A DNA stretch of 27,179 nucleotides from a virus (Duplodnaviria > Caudoviricetes): IMG/VR virus record IMGVR_UViG_3300016474_000359, positions 1-27,179 of that record, one strand, 5' to 3'. The position numbers and the translations under genes are program-made. Every line of letters starts with the position of its first letter. Position 1 is the first letter of the stretch. Shown in pieces: positions 16,781 through 26,328 of the stretch. The notes under the pieces are model-generated. The model was not told the DNA's origin. It saw nothing but the letters and a program-made list of their open reading frames with translations, and did no database searches.

Positions 16781-17164
16781 CTACGGCGTGGTGGTCAGCG
16801 TACCGACCGAGCCTGTACCGGATATACCGCTGGGGTAAACGGTTTTTACAAGAACGACACCAAGTGTACCTACAGCGCCTGTCGCGCTTACAGTTTGCGC
16901 ATAACAGTTTCCTTCTAGCACAATACGCAGAAGATCGCCGTCGCGGTAAACTTCGCCCACAATAAGCCCTGCGCCGCTCGCGGGCAAGCTCGGCAGGATA
17001 AGACGACCGCCGCGCAGGGCGGCGGGGAAGTCAGCGAGCCGGGTGTAGTTTTCGATCCAGCGGTTAAGCTGCCGCGCCCATTCTTGCGTGTACTCGATGG
17101 GCGCGCGCGGCGGGGCCGGGGGCAGCGCCGCCGTCGAACGCCTGACGTTGGTCGGAACTGTCAT
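16781..17164 (-). CDS. Small tail-associated protein (127 aa)
   Basis: ATG at 17164 overlaps the upstream stop (ATGA), so it is preferred to 17212. It follows the tail nozzle gene and carries PxAPxEY and GEVYRDG motifs. Confidence 0.7.
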   Translation of the reverse strand: MTVPTNVRRSTAALPPAPPRAPIEYTQEWARQLNRWIENYTRLADFPAALRGGRLILPSLPASGAGLIVGEVYRDGDLLRIVLEGNCYAQTVSATGAVGTLGVVLVKTVYPSGISGTGSVGTLTTTP

Positions 17165-19077
17165 CTTTGGCCATCCGGGCTGGCATAGATACGGGGCACG
17201 CCGAGCTGCCACAGCGTACCCGCCGTGTCGGTGGCGATGGTGAAGTCGACCGACCGGGCGCGGAAGCGGCGGTCCAGCTTCTGGGTGTACTGCTCGACCG
17301 GCGCGATGAGCGTGCCCGAGGCCGTGCGCGTCACCGTCGGGTCGACACCGTTGACGAAGGCCGAGCCGGGGTAGTCGCGCTTGTTGAACTCGAAGGTCAC
17401 ACGCGGCGTCGTCGCCGTGGAGCCGTAGAAGTTCATGTCGGGGACGATACGGCTGACCAGCATGAAGTCCATGCCGTTACCGATTTCGAAGACCGACGAA
17501 GTCAGGTAGCTGTCGAGGGCCGCGCCGTCCGCCGCCGTGGTGCCCATGTCATGCATATAGATGAAGCCGTCAGGCGCACCGGCGAGCGGCACGTCTTCGT
17601 ACCACGCGTCGAGCCACGTCGTGCGGCCCGTGCCGTTGTAGCTGCCGTAGTACCAGATCAGGTTCGACGGGTCTTCGTAGTTGCACACCACGTAGAAGTT
17701 GCACTCGTCGGAGTTGTTCACCGGCATGTGCCAGATGACTTCCTTGTACTGCCGATCGATGCCCGCGTAAATTTTATCGGTCTGGCTGTAGTTCAGGATC
17801 GAGAAGACGTACTGGCGCACCGAGCACGGCATGTCGCGCACAACGCCGTCGTACATCTGGAAGACGCCGTTCGCCATCCAGAAGGTCATCGAGCCGGTCG
17901 ACGCCGCTGCGTTTGGCCCGATCAGGTGGATGTTCGTGCCGATACGAACCTCGCCGAAGGTGTACGGCGGGCCAACATACTTGAAGCTGTGCAGGCTAAC
18001 GTCAGTGAAGACGAGCACTTCGGTCGTGGTTTCAATGGCGCGCAGGATGCGCGAGCCGACGCCGATGCGCAGCTCGCCCGCGCTGTTGGTGCTGTCGGGG
18101 AACCAGACGGTCTTGTCCTCGCTGTCCGACCAGCGGATCAGCATCGGGTCCTGCGTGTCGCTGTCGAGAGGATTGCAGCCGAAGCACAAGACATGGCGGC
18201 TGTTGTCGCTGACGAGGACCTGCGCGGCCACGACGGGGACATACGCCTGAATACTCGCGGGGGCCGTGGAGCGGAGCGTCACGGCGCGACCGGCGATGGA
18301 CGCCGTGGCCTTATAGTAAACCCCGCCGTTGCGGACGCAGAAAATCAGGTCTTCACCAAAGGTATCCTCCGACCACAGCCGGATACCTTCGGTGGTCACC
18401 GGGTCGCCTGAGCCTTGGCCCCAACCGCCGGAGGTGCCCCAGCCGCCGGTGCCCCAGCCGTCGCCGGTCTGCGCCGTGGCAAAGCCGATATTGATCTGGT
18501 ACTCGGCGGTGACCGTGCCGCCGCCGTTGGCGCTGCTCGTCGCGGCGCTGACCGTGCTCGGCAACTCAAACTTGTAGGTGTCAGCGTCGACCACTTCGGT
18601 GATCTGGAACTCGCCCTCAAAGTCCGCGAGGGCGATACCCCCGAGCGTACCGACCGTCGAGGCAAGGTCAAAGGTGACCCACGAACCTTCCGTCGCGCCG
18701 TGGGCCGTGTCCGTTACCGTGATGGTGCGCGTGCCGTTGGTTGTGTCGAAGGGGTCGGTGAGCGTTGCCGTTGCGCGCAGCGGCGTGATGTCATTAAGCT
18801 GGCTACCCCGGATGATGTAGTATTTCTCTTCCGTCCCCGCCGCATAAAGATTAGTGCCATCGAGCTTTGTGAACGGGAACAGCGTGCGAAAGATACCCGC
18901 CGCCTGCTCGCTGGTAAACTTCACCCAGCCGCCGATACTCTCGGCGGTGCCGGAGCGCCAGCGCACAAGATTGCCGTCATACCAGCCGCCGGTGTTGCCG
19001 TAGTTGGTCGTCTCCCGGTTGATGCCGGGCCGGAACTGCAACTTGATCGGGTCCGGTGCGGGAGCGCCTTCGGCCAT
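17161..19077 (-). CDS. Tail tube/nozzle protein (P22 gp10 / T7 gp12-like, predicted beta-propeller), 638 aa
   Basis: Size, beta-rich W/D/G composition, FRPGINRE start, IRWSD motif, inserted ITVTDTAHG segment; position between fibre and ejection genes. Confidence 0.7.
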   Translation of the reverse strand: MAEGAPAPDPIKLQFRPGINRETTNYGNTGGWYDGNLVRWRSGTAESIGGWVKFTSEQAAGIFRTLFPFTKLDGTNLYAAGTEEKYYIIRGSQLNDITPLRATATLTDPFDTTNGTRTITVTDTAHGATEGSWVTFDLASTVGTLGGIALADFEGEFQITEVVDADTYKFELPSTVSAATSSANGGGTVTAEYQINIGFATAQTGDGWGTGGWGTSGGWGQGSGDPVTTEGIRLWSEDTFGEDLIFCVRNGGVYYKATASIAGRAVTLRSTAPASIQAYVPVVAAQVLVSDNSRHVLCFGCNPLDSDTQDPMLIRWSDSEDKTVWFPDSTNSAGELRIGVGSRILRAIETTTEVLVFTDVSLHSFKYVGPPYTFGEVRIGTNIHLIGPNAAASTGSMTFWMANGVFQMYDGVVRDMPCSVRQYVFSILNYSQTDKIYAGIDRQYKEVIWHMPVNNSDECNFYVVCNYEDPSNLIWYYGSYNGTGRTTWLDAWYEDVPLAGAPDGFIYMHDMGTTAADGAALDSYLTSSVFEIGNGMDFMLVSRIVPDMNFYGSTATTPRVTFEFNKRDYPGSAFVNGVDPTVTRTASGTLIAPVEQYTQKLDRRFRARSVDFTIATDTAGTLWQLGVPRIYASPDGQR

Positions 19078-19089
19078 AATGTTCGCCCT

Positions 19090-20901
19090 TTACCAGACAG
19101 TGACGATGACGCGACCATTACCGCCAGCGCCGGAGTTCCCAGTCTCGGCACCGCCGCCGCCGCCTCCGGGAACGGAGCCAGCCGTAGCGTTTGTAGTACC
19201 CGTAGCCCCCGCGCCGCCCGCGCCGCCCCAGACAGAACTGCCGCCTACCGTAGCCGAACCGTTTTCAGTTCCGCCGCCACCGCCGCCGCCGCCGTAGATA
19301 GATGCGCCACCAGCACCGCCCACTCCAGAGCCTGTACCGCCGCCACCGCCACCGCCGCCGTAAATACCTTCGCTGCCCGCAGTACCGTTCGCAGCCGCAG
19401 CCGAAGCACCGCCGTCGCCGCCATCACCCTTACCGCCTGCGCCGCCTACAAGTTCGTTACCGGCAGAACCTGCGCTGAGAAGCCCGCCGCCACCGCCGCC
19501 GCCGCCCTCATTATCGCTACCACCGTCACCAGCGCCGCCGCCAAAAGCAGTGTAAGTCACCGCCCCATGAACAAACGTGGTGTTACCGCCTGCGTTACCC
19601 GCGCCGGAGGTAGTCTTGGCCGCGCCGCCCGCGCCGATAGTGATCGTAGCCGTAGAGGCTATGGATGAGAGGGTAAAAGTTTCATCGAAGCCTGCGCCGC
19701 CACCCCCGCCACCACCGGCGGAACCGTTACCCTTAGGCGTACCGCCAGAGCCGCCGCCTCCCCACATCTGGATGCGGATGAAGTTACCCGAGGACGGCTT
19801 CGTCCACGCAACCGGGCTATCTGCCAGATTGTATGTGGTGCTGGTAACCGTCCCGATGGCCGCGCCGTTGATGTAAAGCCCCGTGGCGTTAACCGTGCCT
19901 GCACCCTGCGAGCCGCCCGTTGCCGCGCCGACGACGACACCGCCGTCAGAGAACGTGTAACCGCTAGACGCGCCAGCGAAGGTCAGCGTGTTGGTGCCTT
20001 CGGTGATGGTGACATCGCCGCTGTCCCAGTTGATGACGCCACCGGCGGCGAGGAACAGGTCAGCAAAGGCTGTGCCCGCAGCGCCGAGCGCGGCGCTGTT
20101 ATCGGCGGACGGCAGAACGGCAGCGTCGAAGCTGTAGCCGTTGGACGCGCCTGTGAAAGCGAGAGCGTTTGAGGCGTGGGTAATCAGGGCATCGCCGTTG
20201 GCGAAATTGATGACACCGCCAGAGGCGAGGAACAAGTCAGAGAACGCCGCCGTGCCCGTGCCGAGCGCCGCGCCGTCATTGCTGGCAGGGTAGATGAGCG
20301 CGTCGAAACGATAGCCTGTCGAGGCCCCGGCAAAGTAGAGCGCGTTGGCTTCCTGCGTGATCGTGACGTCGCCGCTATCCCAGTTGATGACGCCGCCAGC
20401 TCCAAGGAAGAGATCAGACCACGGAAGGCTGGTCGTTCCGAGCGCGATGTTGTTGGCCGTGGTCGGGGACAACGCACCGCTGGTGGAGTTGAAATAGAAC
20501 CCGAGGCCGTCGCCCACGTCGGTGCCGTCGCAATAAAGCCACTTCGACGTTCCAGCCGCAACGTACACGCCGGTCGCCTGCGTGCCCGTCTTCACTTCCA
20601 TACGCTGGTTGGTCGAGTTCTTGAACAGCCAAACCTTTTCCGCTTCCGGCACTTCAACCGCGAAATTGCCGCCGGGGGTGCCTGTGGCTTCGATCACCAT
20701 GTTACGCGTCTCATTCGACGCGTAGTCGGTGTTGGTCAGGACTTTGGTTGTCGTGTTGGTTTGAATGAACGTGAAGTAGCCGGTGATCGCCTGCTCAAGC
20801 AGCGTACCAAGGTTCACGTTAGTGGTGTCACCCCACGTTCCCGACTGATCGCCGGTATCCATGAGTTCAAGGCGGAGAGACGGGGACGGTGAGCTAGCCA
20901 T
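19090..20901 (-). CDS. Tail fibre protein with 59-aa repeats and a C-terminal glycine-rich domain (603 aa)
   Basis: N-terminal LELMDTGDQSGTWG anchor-like segment, three repeats, then a WGGGGSGG...GAGGNGRVIVTVW Gly-rich domain. Confidence 0.8.
   Translation of the reverse strand: MASSPSPSLRLELMDTGDQSGTWGDTTNVNLGTLLEQAITGYFTFIQTNTTTKVLTNTDYASNETRNMVIEATGTPGGNFAVEVPEAEKVWLFKNSTNQRMEVKTGTQATGVYVAAGTSKWLYCDGTDVGDGLGFYFNSTSGALSPTTANNIALGTTSLPWSDLFLGAGGVINWDSGDVTITQEANALYFAGASTGYRFDALIYPASNDGAALGTGTAAFSDLFLASGGVINFANGDALITHASNALAFTGASNGYSFDAAVLPSADNSAALGAAGTAFADLFLAAGGVINWDSGDVTITEGTNTLTFAGASSGYTFSDGGVVVGAATGGSQGAGTVNATGLYINGAAIGTVTSTTYNLADSPVAWTKPSSGNFIRIQMWGGGGSGGTPKGNGSAGGGGGGGAGFDETFTLSSIASTATITIGAGGAAKTTSGAGNAGGNTTFVHGAVTYTAFGGGAGDGGSDNEGGGGGGGGLLSAGSAGNELVGGAGGKGDGGDGGASAAAANGTAGSEGIYGGGGGGGGTGSGVGGAGGASIYGGGGGGGGTENGSATVGGSSVWGGAGGAGATGTTNATAGSVPGGGGGGAETGNSGAGGNGRVIVTVW
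19942..20472 (-). repeat. 3 x 59-aa (177-bp) tandem coding repeat
   Basis: Unit approximately P.....ALG.....[WF][SA]DLFL..GGVIN[WF]..GD..IT...N.L.F.GAS.GY.F, present three times. Confidence 0.9.
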
Positions 20902-20910
20902 TCTATTTCC

Positions 20911-22077
20911 TTACGTCACAATCTGTGTCCAGCCGCCGCCGGGGCCAGCAGGAACTTGTACCCATGAGCCTGCGGGGCCGGAAGGGACCGTAGACCACGC
21001 ACCCGACGGACCATCCGTCACAGGTGACCAACCGCCCGACGGGCCTGCGGGGACGAGCGTCCAATTCGCATCGGGGCCGGGGGGCACAAGGCCCCAGACC
21101 AAGATGATACCCGTAAGCCCCTGCGCTGCCAAGCCGCTTAGATACACGTTCGCGTCGGCGTTGACTGCAATATTTCCGACAGCCGTGGCCGAAGAGACCC
21201 CGGTCACGTTCACGAACTTCTGCAAGAAGATCGTGACAGAATTTACCGCGCCGACCGCCTCGATGCCCGTCAGCGAGATATTTGCGTCGGCGGTTGTATC
21301 AAGGGTGCCGACCGCGCCGGTGGCAGAAACACCCGTCACCGAGACCGAAATGTTCGGCTTTACCGTAACAGAGTTAACGCTCCCGGTAGCCTCGACGCCG
21401 GTCAGAGAGACGTTTGCGTCGGCGCTGACCGCCGGGGCACTGACTTCGCCGGTAGCCGTTATGCCAGTCGGGTAGATGTTGGCGTCGCCAGTGACCGTCG
21501 GGGCGTTCACCGCGCCGGTGGCAAAGACGCCGGTCACGGGGGCCAAGGCGTTCTGGCTGGCAATCAGCGTGCCGACTGCGCCCGTAGCCTCAACGCCAGT
21601 GATCGACGTATTCGCGTCGGCAGCAACGGCGACAGAGTTAACCGCGCCGGTAGCTTGAACACCAGTTAGACTGACCTGTGTGAGCAGGTAGACCGCCAGC
21701 GTACCGGTTTCGCCGGTAGCTTGAATGCCGGTTAGCGAGATGTCGGCATTGGCCTCGACGGCAAGCGACCCGACTGCGCCGGTGGCCTCGATGCCGGTCA
21801 GCGAGATGTTTGCGTCTGCCGCGACCGCGACCGTGTTGACTTCACCGGTGGCAAAAACCCCGGTTAGGCTGACATCAACGTCGACCTGAACCGCGACGGA
21901 GTTGACCGCGCCGGTGGCTTCTATGCCTGTCAGGCTGATGTTCGCGTCGGCAGCAACAGCCGGGGCGTTTACCGCGCCCGTCGCCGCCACGCCGGTCAGG
22001 CTGACATAGACGACATTGTCCTGCCCGAACGGCCCGGAGGCGAGCGGTGCGCCTGCTATGGGGCCGAATGCGAGCAT
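20911..22077 (-). CDS. Repeat-built fibre/shaft protein (388 aa)
   Basis: About 14 copies of a 22-aa unit (AVAADANISLTGIEATGAVNSV-like), followed by W-periodic 11-aa units. Confidence 0.8.
   Translation of the reverse strand: MLAFGPIAGAPLASGPFGQDNVVYVSLTGVAATGAVNAPAVAADANISLTGIEATGAVNSVAVQVDVDVSLTGVFATGEVNTVAVAADANISLTGIEATGAVGSLAVEANADISLTGIQATGETGTLAVYLLTQVSLTGVQATGAVNSVAVAADANTSITGVEATGAVGTLIASQNALAPVTGVFATGAVNAPTVTGDANIYPTGITATGEVSAPAVSADANVSLTGVEATGSVNSVTVKPNISVSVTGVSATGAVGTLDTTADANISLTGIEAVGAVNSVTIFLQKFVNVTGVSSATAVGNIAVNADANVYLSGLAAQGLTGIILVWGLVPPGPDANWTLVPAGPSGGWSPVTDGPSGAWSTVPSGPAGSWVQVPAGPGGGWTQIVT
20914..21096 (-). repeat. About 5.5 x 11-aa WxxVPxGPxxx repeats
   Basis: WGLVPPGPDAN WTLVPAGPSGG WSPVTDGPSGA WSTVPSGPAGS WVQVPAGPGGG WTQIVT. 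Confidence 0.9.
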
Positions 22078-22104
22078 GGCCTTACCCTTGTGTTAACCCG
22101 GCCT

Positions 22105-22135
22105 AAAACTACCAGACATCGCCGATGCCCGCCAG
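22105..22135 (-). terminator. Possible weak intrinsic terminator or RNA stability hairpin
   Basis: Minus strand CTGGCGGGCATC-GGC-GATGTCTGGTAG then TTTT, just after the 860-aa stop. It has several G-U pairs and one mismatch. Confidence 0.35.
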
Positions 22136-22139
22136 CGTC

Positions 22140-24722
22140 CTAGAAAATGATGTAGCCATAAGACCGGGGGAAGGCTGCCGCAGCGGGGGTATAGATCACA
22201 AGGATCGCGCCTTGCGCCCCGTTGCCGCCATTACCTGTTGTGGCAGAACCAGCGCCGCCTGCGCCGCCGCCACCATATGTTGCGCCCGCGCCGCCGTTGC
22301 CGCCTGCGCCCGTTCCGGTAGTACCGACACCGCCGCCGCCAGCGCCGCCCGGACCAACTGCAATACCAAGCGAAAGAAGATAATATTGACCGGCCCCGCC
22401 ATTGCCGCCGTGCCGACTAGACCCGGAACCGCCAGCGCCAGCGCCACCGCCGCCGAGAATACCGTTAGCGCCCGGTGCGCTAAAAGTGCCAGCGGCAAAT
22501 GTTCCGATAGCATTAAGACCGCCATTAGCGCCTGTCGATCCTGAGCCAGCCGCGCCCGCTCCCGCAATACCGCCGCCGCCGCCGCCGGGGGTTGTCGCAG
22601 TCTGCGCCGCACCGTTGTATCCATTTGCCGATGCAGTAGCTGACGACCCGCCACCATTGCCGCCGAGATCGGTGCCGATATTTGCTCCGCCGTTGCCGCC
22701 GCTGTATTTTGACGCACCATAACCGCTAGCCGCAGCACCCCCGGTGCCGGTTCCAGCGCCCAAGCCGCCCGACCCACCTTTAGCGAGAACACCAGTTGTA
22801 TCGGATGTCGGAGCCGTATTGGACGATGTGTTGGTGCTAGTGTCCCAATTCAACCACGTATCGCCACCAGCAGTGCCTGCCGTGTTTGAAGCAGCGCCGC
22901 CCACCCCGCTCGACCCGACAGAGTAATAAACCGTAGCGTTTGGGCTGAAGGAAAAATTGCTTCCAACAGATACCGCGCCACCGCCACCGCCTGCCGCATT
23001 GTTGCCCCCATCGGCGCTTCTACCGCCACCGCCACCGCCGCCAATGGTGATGACGGTGTTAGTCGAGGACATATCAGACGGCGTAGTCCAAGCCGTCCCG
23101 CTAGGGAGTGAAATGGTTTTAGTCGTGGGCGTATACTGGATAATGATAACGCCCTGCCTGCCGCCGCCGCCAGCAGAGTTTGTGCCCCCAATGCGGTAGC
23201 CGCCCGCACCCGCGCCACCGTAGAAGCCGCCGGTTGCACCCGGATTGGTGCCGGTCGTGTTCGCCCCGCCGCCGGAGCCAGCGCCATACGAAATGTTCGA
23301 TACGTTCGAGTAGCCGGTGCTCGTGTAGGTATTCAACCCCATGTAGGCCGAACTATTATTACCAGCAGTATTAATCGCACCGCCCGCAAGATTGCCGTTA
23401 TCGGCAGTGCCGCCGGTCGTACTAGTGCCATCTCCGCCAGCGCCATTTTCGCCAGCCGCGCCGCCCCCGGAGCCACCATAAGACGACGATACGCCAGCCG
23501 CGCCATTGCCGCCTGAATACTTTATAGAGCCTGTGCCGCTTGCAGCCGCGCCGCCAGTGCCGCCTGTTCCGGGGGTAAGAGTTGCGGTGCCGTTACCGCC
23601 TGTCCCACCTTTCGCACCAACAGAAGAAGCCGCGAGGTTCGCGCCGTTGAACCAAGTGTCGCCGCCCGTTTGACCGGCGCTACTGCCACCCGACCCAGTG
23701 CCACCAACACCAACGGCATAAGTAACTGTAGCGCCTGCCGTAAGCGACAAATTGGTGATCGTGGAAGCTGCACCGGCCCCGCCACCGCCAGCGGCGGCAC
23801 CCGTAACGCTGGAAGCTCCGCCACCGCCACCACCACCACCGATGACAGTGACGCTGTTGCTAGAAGAGTTCCAGTCGTGGGGGACCAACCACTTTGTACC
23901 GCCGGTCAAGGCGATGGTTTTTGTAGCTGGCGAGTAAGCAATCAGGATAAAGCCCTGACGGCCAGCGCCACCGGCAACAGACCCGACGCCACTGCCACGA
24001 TAACCACCTGACCCGGCACCGCCATAAGTGCCACCAGCGCGGCCCGCCAAATCAATTGTTGTGGTAGCGCCAGCGCCGCTGCCAGAGCCCGCGATGCCGT
24101 TTGTGTTTGCGTAAGTGCCGGAATAGGTATTCGTGTAAAATAGATAAGTGCCGTTGTTTCCGACTGTGTTTGCTGCGCCACCGGCAACGAAGCCTGCATC
24201 CGCCGTTCCACCGGTCGTTGTCGTGCCGTTTCCGCCAGCACCATTCGGGCCAGCCGCCCCGCCTCCAGACCCACCGCGCGTAGCAGCCGTGCCTGCAAGC
24301 CCATCGCCACCGCTGTATTTGGTCGTGCCGATGCCTGAAGCCGCTGCCCCGCCCGTCCCTGCCGCGCCGCTACCGCCAGCATTTGCAAGCCCGCCGCCTG
24401 TTCCGCCTTTTGCGCCAACAGAAGAAGCGGCGAGGTTCGCGCCGTTAAACCACGTATCTCCGCCTGTGCCGCCATTCGTAGGAGAACTTGAACCCGCCGC
24501 GCCCGCAGCGCCGATGGCGTAAGTAATTGAAGCTCCGGGGGTAAGCGTCAAGTTGTTGATGATTGACGCTGCGCCGCCGCCACCGCCGCCAGCGGCAGAT
24601 GTTGCAGCGTTTGCGCCGCCACCGCCGCCGCCGCCACCCACAGCCAAAATGTAGTTATCAGACGAGTTCCAATCGGCGGGGACTGTCCAAGACGTACCGG
24701 CGGTGAGGATAATGACGGGCAT
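22140..24722 (-). CDS. Glycine-rich adhesin-like protein with three tandem modules (860 aa)
   Basis: Each module starts with GTxWxxPxD..SS.N...[VI]GGGGGGG and ends with G.QG.I.I.Y.P; polyglycine runs throughout. Confidence 0.85.
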   Translation of the reverse strand: MPVIILTAGTSWTVPADWNSSDNYILAVGGGGGGGGANAATSAAGGGGGGAASIINNLTLTPGASITYAIGAAGAAGSSSPTNGGTGGDTWFNGANLAASSVGAKGGTGGGLANAGGSGAAGTGGAAASGIGTTKYSGGDGLAGTAATRGGSGGGAAGPNGAGGNGTTTTGGTADAGFVAGGAANTVGNNGTYLFYTNTYSGTYANTNGIAGSGSGAGATTTIDLAGRAGGTYGGAGSGGYRGSGVGSVAGGAGRQGFILIAYSPATKTIALTGGTKWLVPHDWNSSSNSVTVIGGGGGGGGASSVTGAAAGGGGAGAASTITNLSLTAGATVTYAVGVGGTGSGGSSAGQTGGDTWFNGANLAASSVGAKGGTGGNGTATLTPGTGGTGGAAASGTGSIKYSGGNGAAGVSSSYGGSGGGAAGENGAGGDGTSTTGGTADNGNLAGGAINTAGNNSSAYMGLNTYTSTGYSNVSNISYGAGSGGGANTTGTNPGATGGFYGGAGAGGYRIGGTNSAGGGGRQGVIIIQYTPTTKTISLPSGTAWTTPSDMSSTNTVITIGGGGGGGRSADGGNNAAGGGGGAVSVGSNFSFSPNATVYYSVGSSGVGGAASNTAGTAGGDTWLNWDTSTNTSSNTAPTSDTTGVLAKGGSGGLGAGTGTGGAAASGYGASKYSGGNGGANIGTDLGGNGGGSSATASANGYNGAAQTATTPGGGGGGIAGAGAAGSGSTGANGGLNAIGTFAAGTFSAPGANGILGGGGAGAGGSGSSRHGGNGGAGQYYLLSLGIAVGPGGAGGGGVGTTGTGAGGNGGAGATYGGGGAGGAGSATTGNGGNGAQGAILVIYTPAAAAFPRSYGYIIF

Positions 24723-24724
24723 GT

Positions 24725-24913
24725 TTACTCAGCCGGGGGCGGATTGGGGTCGCTAAACGTGCCGGTTGCGGGGTCGTAGACCCAGCCAATATCACAGGGG
24801 GTGTCGGTCACATCTATGAGCATCGTGCCTTCAGGCGCAGGATCGACACCCGCGTTGGCGACGATGATGTTGATGACGATGTTGGTCAGGATGTCGACGA
24901 CAGCAGCCCGCAT
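24725..24913 (-). CDS. Small fibre-associated/chaperone-like protein (62 aa)
   Basis: V.NIIV...IGWVYD...F..P pattern, as in small proteins encoded beside Gly-rich fibres; packed within 0-2 bp of its neighbours. Confidence 0.65.
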   Translation of the reverse strand: MRAAVVDILTNIVINIIVANAGVDPAPEGTMLIDVTDTPCDIGWVYDPATGTFSDPNPPPAE

Positions 24914-25576
24914 TTATGTCCTCGTGAATTTGAGCGACAGCGTCACGCGCTGCACAGTGCTGGCGCTGTCGACGTTGAAAGCAAGGCAGTCCCCGGCGGT
25001 TATCGTTGTAGTCCAGCCAGTGAGCGTCGACGACTGCCCCTTGGTTGACGACGAGATGGTCGGTTTGGCTGAGCCTGTGATGGTGTCCGCCACGGTGGGC
25101 GGATAGTTGGCGTAGGTGTCTTTCCAGATGTCGACCACGATGGAGCCGCTCTGGTCTGCCAGCAGCGTCCACTCGTTGATTGTGCAGGCAAACGGGATCG
25201 TCAGATCGCCCTTCTCTCCGGTGGTAATTGCGGAGCCGCTGCCGTCAATGATGAAGGTGATCGTGCCGGTCTGCGGGATGTCTGCGCCGAACATGGTCAG
25301 TGCCACGGACGGGGCAGCGGTGAAGTTCACCGCCGAACCAGCATTCGAGCTTGCCGTCACCGTGCGGGTCAACGTGGTGCCGGAAGCCGTGTAGGTGCCG
25401 GTTCCGATCTCCCACTCGGTGAGGTCGGACGAGTAGGCGCGATACCGATAGGTCGCGCCATCGACGGCCCCCGCCTGCGCGGGGGTCTGCCAGCCAGTTA
25501 CGGCTGCGGAGACGGTAAAGGTGCCCGTGCCGCCGGAAGCCGCCGTGAAGACACAGGCGTTGACAAACGACGCCAT
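24914..25576 (-). CDS. Fibre anchor/adaptor protein (220 aa)
   Basis: GAGGTG RBS; T/S/G-rich N-domain with WEIGTGTY...LTRTV.ASSN, and a compact beta-rich C-domain. Confidence 0.7.
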   Translation of the reverse strand: MASFVNACVFTAASGGTGTFTVSAAVTGWQTPAQAGAVDGATYRYRAYSSDLTEWEIGTGTYTASGTTLTRTVTASSNAGSAVNFTAAPSVALTMFGADIPQTGTITFIIDGSGSAITTGEKGDLTIPFACTINEWTLLADQSGSIVVDIWKDTYANYPPTVADTITGSAKPTISSSTKGQSSTLTGWTTTITAGDCLAFNVDSASTVQRVTLSLKFTRT

Positions 25577-25588
25577 CGGGGCACCTCT

Positions 25589-26035
25589 TTAGGCGAGGCG
25601 GATCACCGCGTTCGATGCGTCCGCCGTCGGGAAGATGATGGTCAGGTCGCCCGCCGTAGCGGTCTTGTCACCGCCAAAGCTGAACACACCGACCGACTTG
25701 TCCGACTTCGAGGAGTTGTAGATCAGGCACCCCGAGGTGGTGATCGTCGCGTTCGCGAAGGTCAGGTCGTGGAAGTCGGTAATCGCCGTGGTGCCCGTGA
25801 TGGACGGGTTCACGTTGGTCAGAGGTTCGCCACCTGCCGTGTAGTTAGTACCAGACGCCTCATCCGCGCCCATGTTCGAATAGTTGACCGTGCCAGCGCC
25901 AAAGGTGCCGACAATTGACGCCGTAGCGCGGAACAGCGCCAGCTTAAACACGTCGCCGGTGCCGTTGGTGAAGTTGTGGGTCGCGGTCAGCAGCTCCTGC
26001 TTGAAGCTGGTGCACATAGCCTGCGAAATAGCCAT
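25589..26035 (-). CDS. Conserved virion structural protein (148 aa)
   Basis: MAISQAMCTSFKQELL start, YTAGG, LIYN and FGGDKT motifs; coupled to the upstream stop. Confidence 0.75.
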   Translation of the reverse strand: MAISQAMCTSFKQELLTATHNFTNGTGDVFKLALFRATASIVGTFGAGTVNYSNMGADEASGTNYTAGGEPLTNVNPSITGTTAITDFHDLTFANATITTSGCLIYNSSKSDKSVGVFSFGGDKTATAGDLTIIFPTADASNAVIRLA

Positions 26036-26325
26036 CAGAGTTTCCTCACGATTTCTGCGGCGTCGTGCTGACCCGCCTGTTCCAGAATGTTGTAGAGCGT
26101 GGTGCGCTCGCTGCGCTGGGCCTGCTCAACATAGTGTTTCACTACCACACGCATACGATCTTTGAAAGCGATGGCCTGTTCGCGGATCGCGGGCGGCGCG
26201 GTGTCCGCGACATGGAGCAGCTTGTTGACCGCCATGTCGGTGATCTCGTCGGCGTTGAGGCCCCGGCCCGAGGTGATGACAGACTGCACGGTGCCGATCT
26301 TGCCGCCACCTTCGAGAGAAAACAT
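26035..26325 (-). CDS. Hypothetical phage protein (96 aa)
   Basis: Fits exactly between its neighbours (3-bp gap and 1-bp overlap); helical, normal composition. Confidence 0.75.
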   Translation of the reverse strand: MFSLEGGGKIGTVQSVITSGRGLNADEITDMAVNKLLHVADTAPPAIREQAIAFKDRMRVVVKHYVEQAQRSERTTLYNILEQAGQHDAAEIVRKL

Positions 26326-26328
26326 GCC

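Noticed and set aside
19942-22077. Periodic DNA resembling a CRISPR array
   Set aside because: The repeats are degenerate, codon-phased protein repeats with no identical repeat and unique spacer structure, and no cas genes are present.
23605-24465. DNA repeat pair in the Gly-rich gene as a possible DGR template/variable region
   Set aside because: The differences are synonymous and not adenine-specific, both copies are in frame within one gene, and there is no reverse transcriptase in the window.
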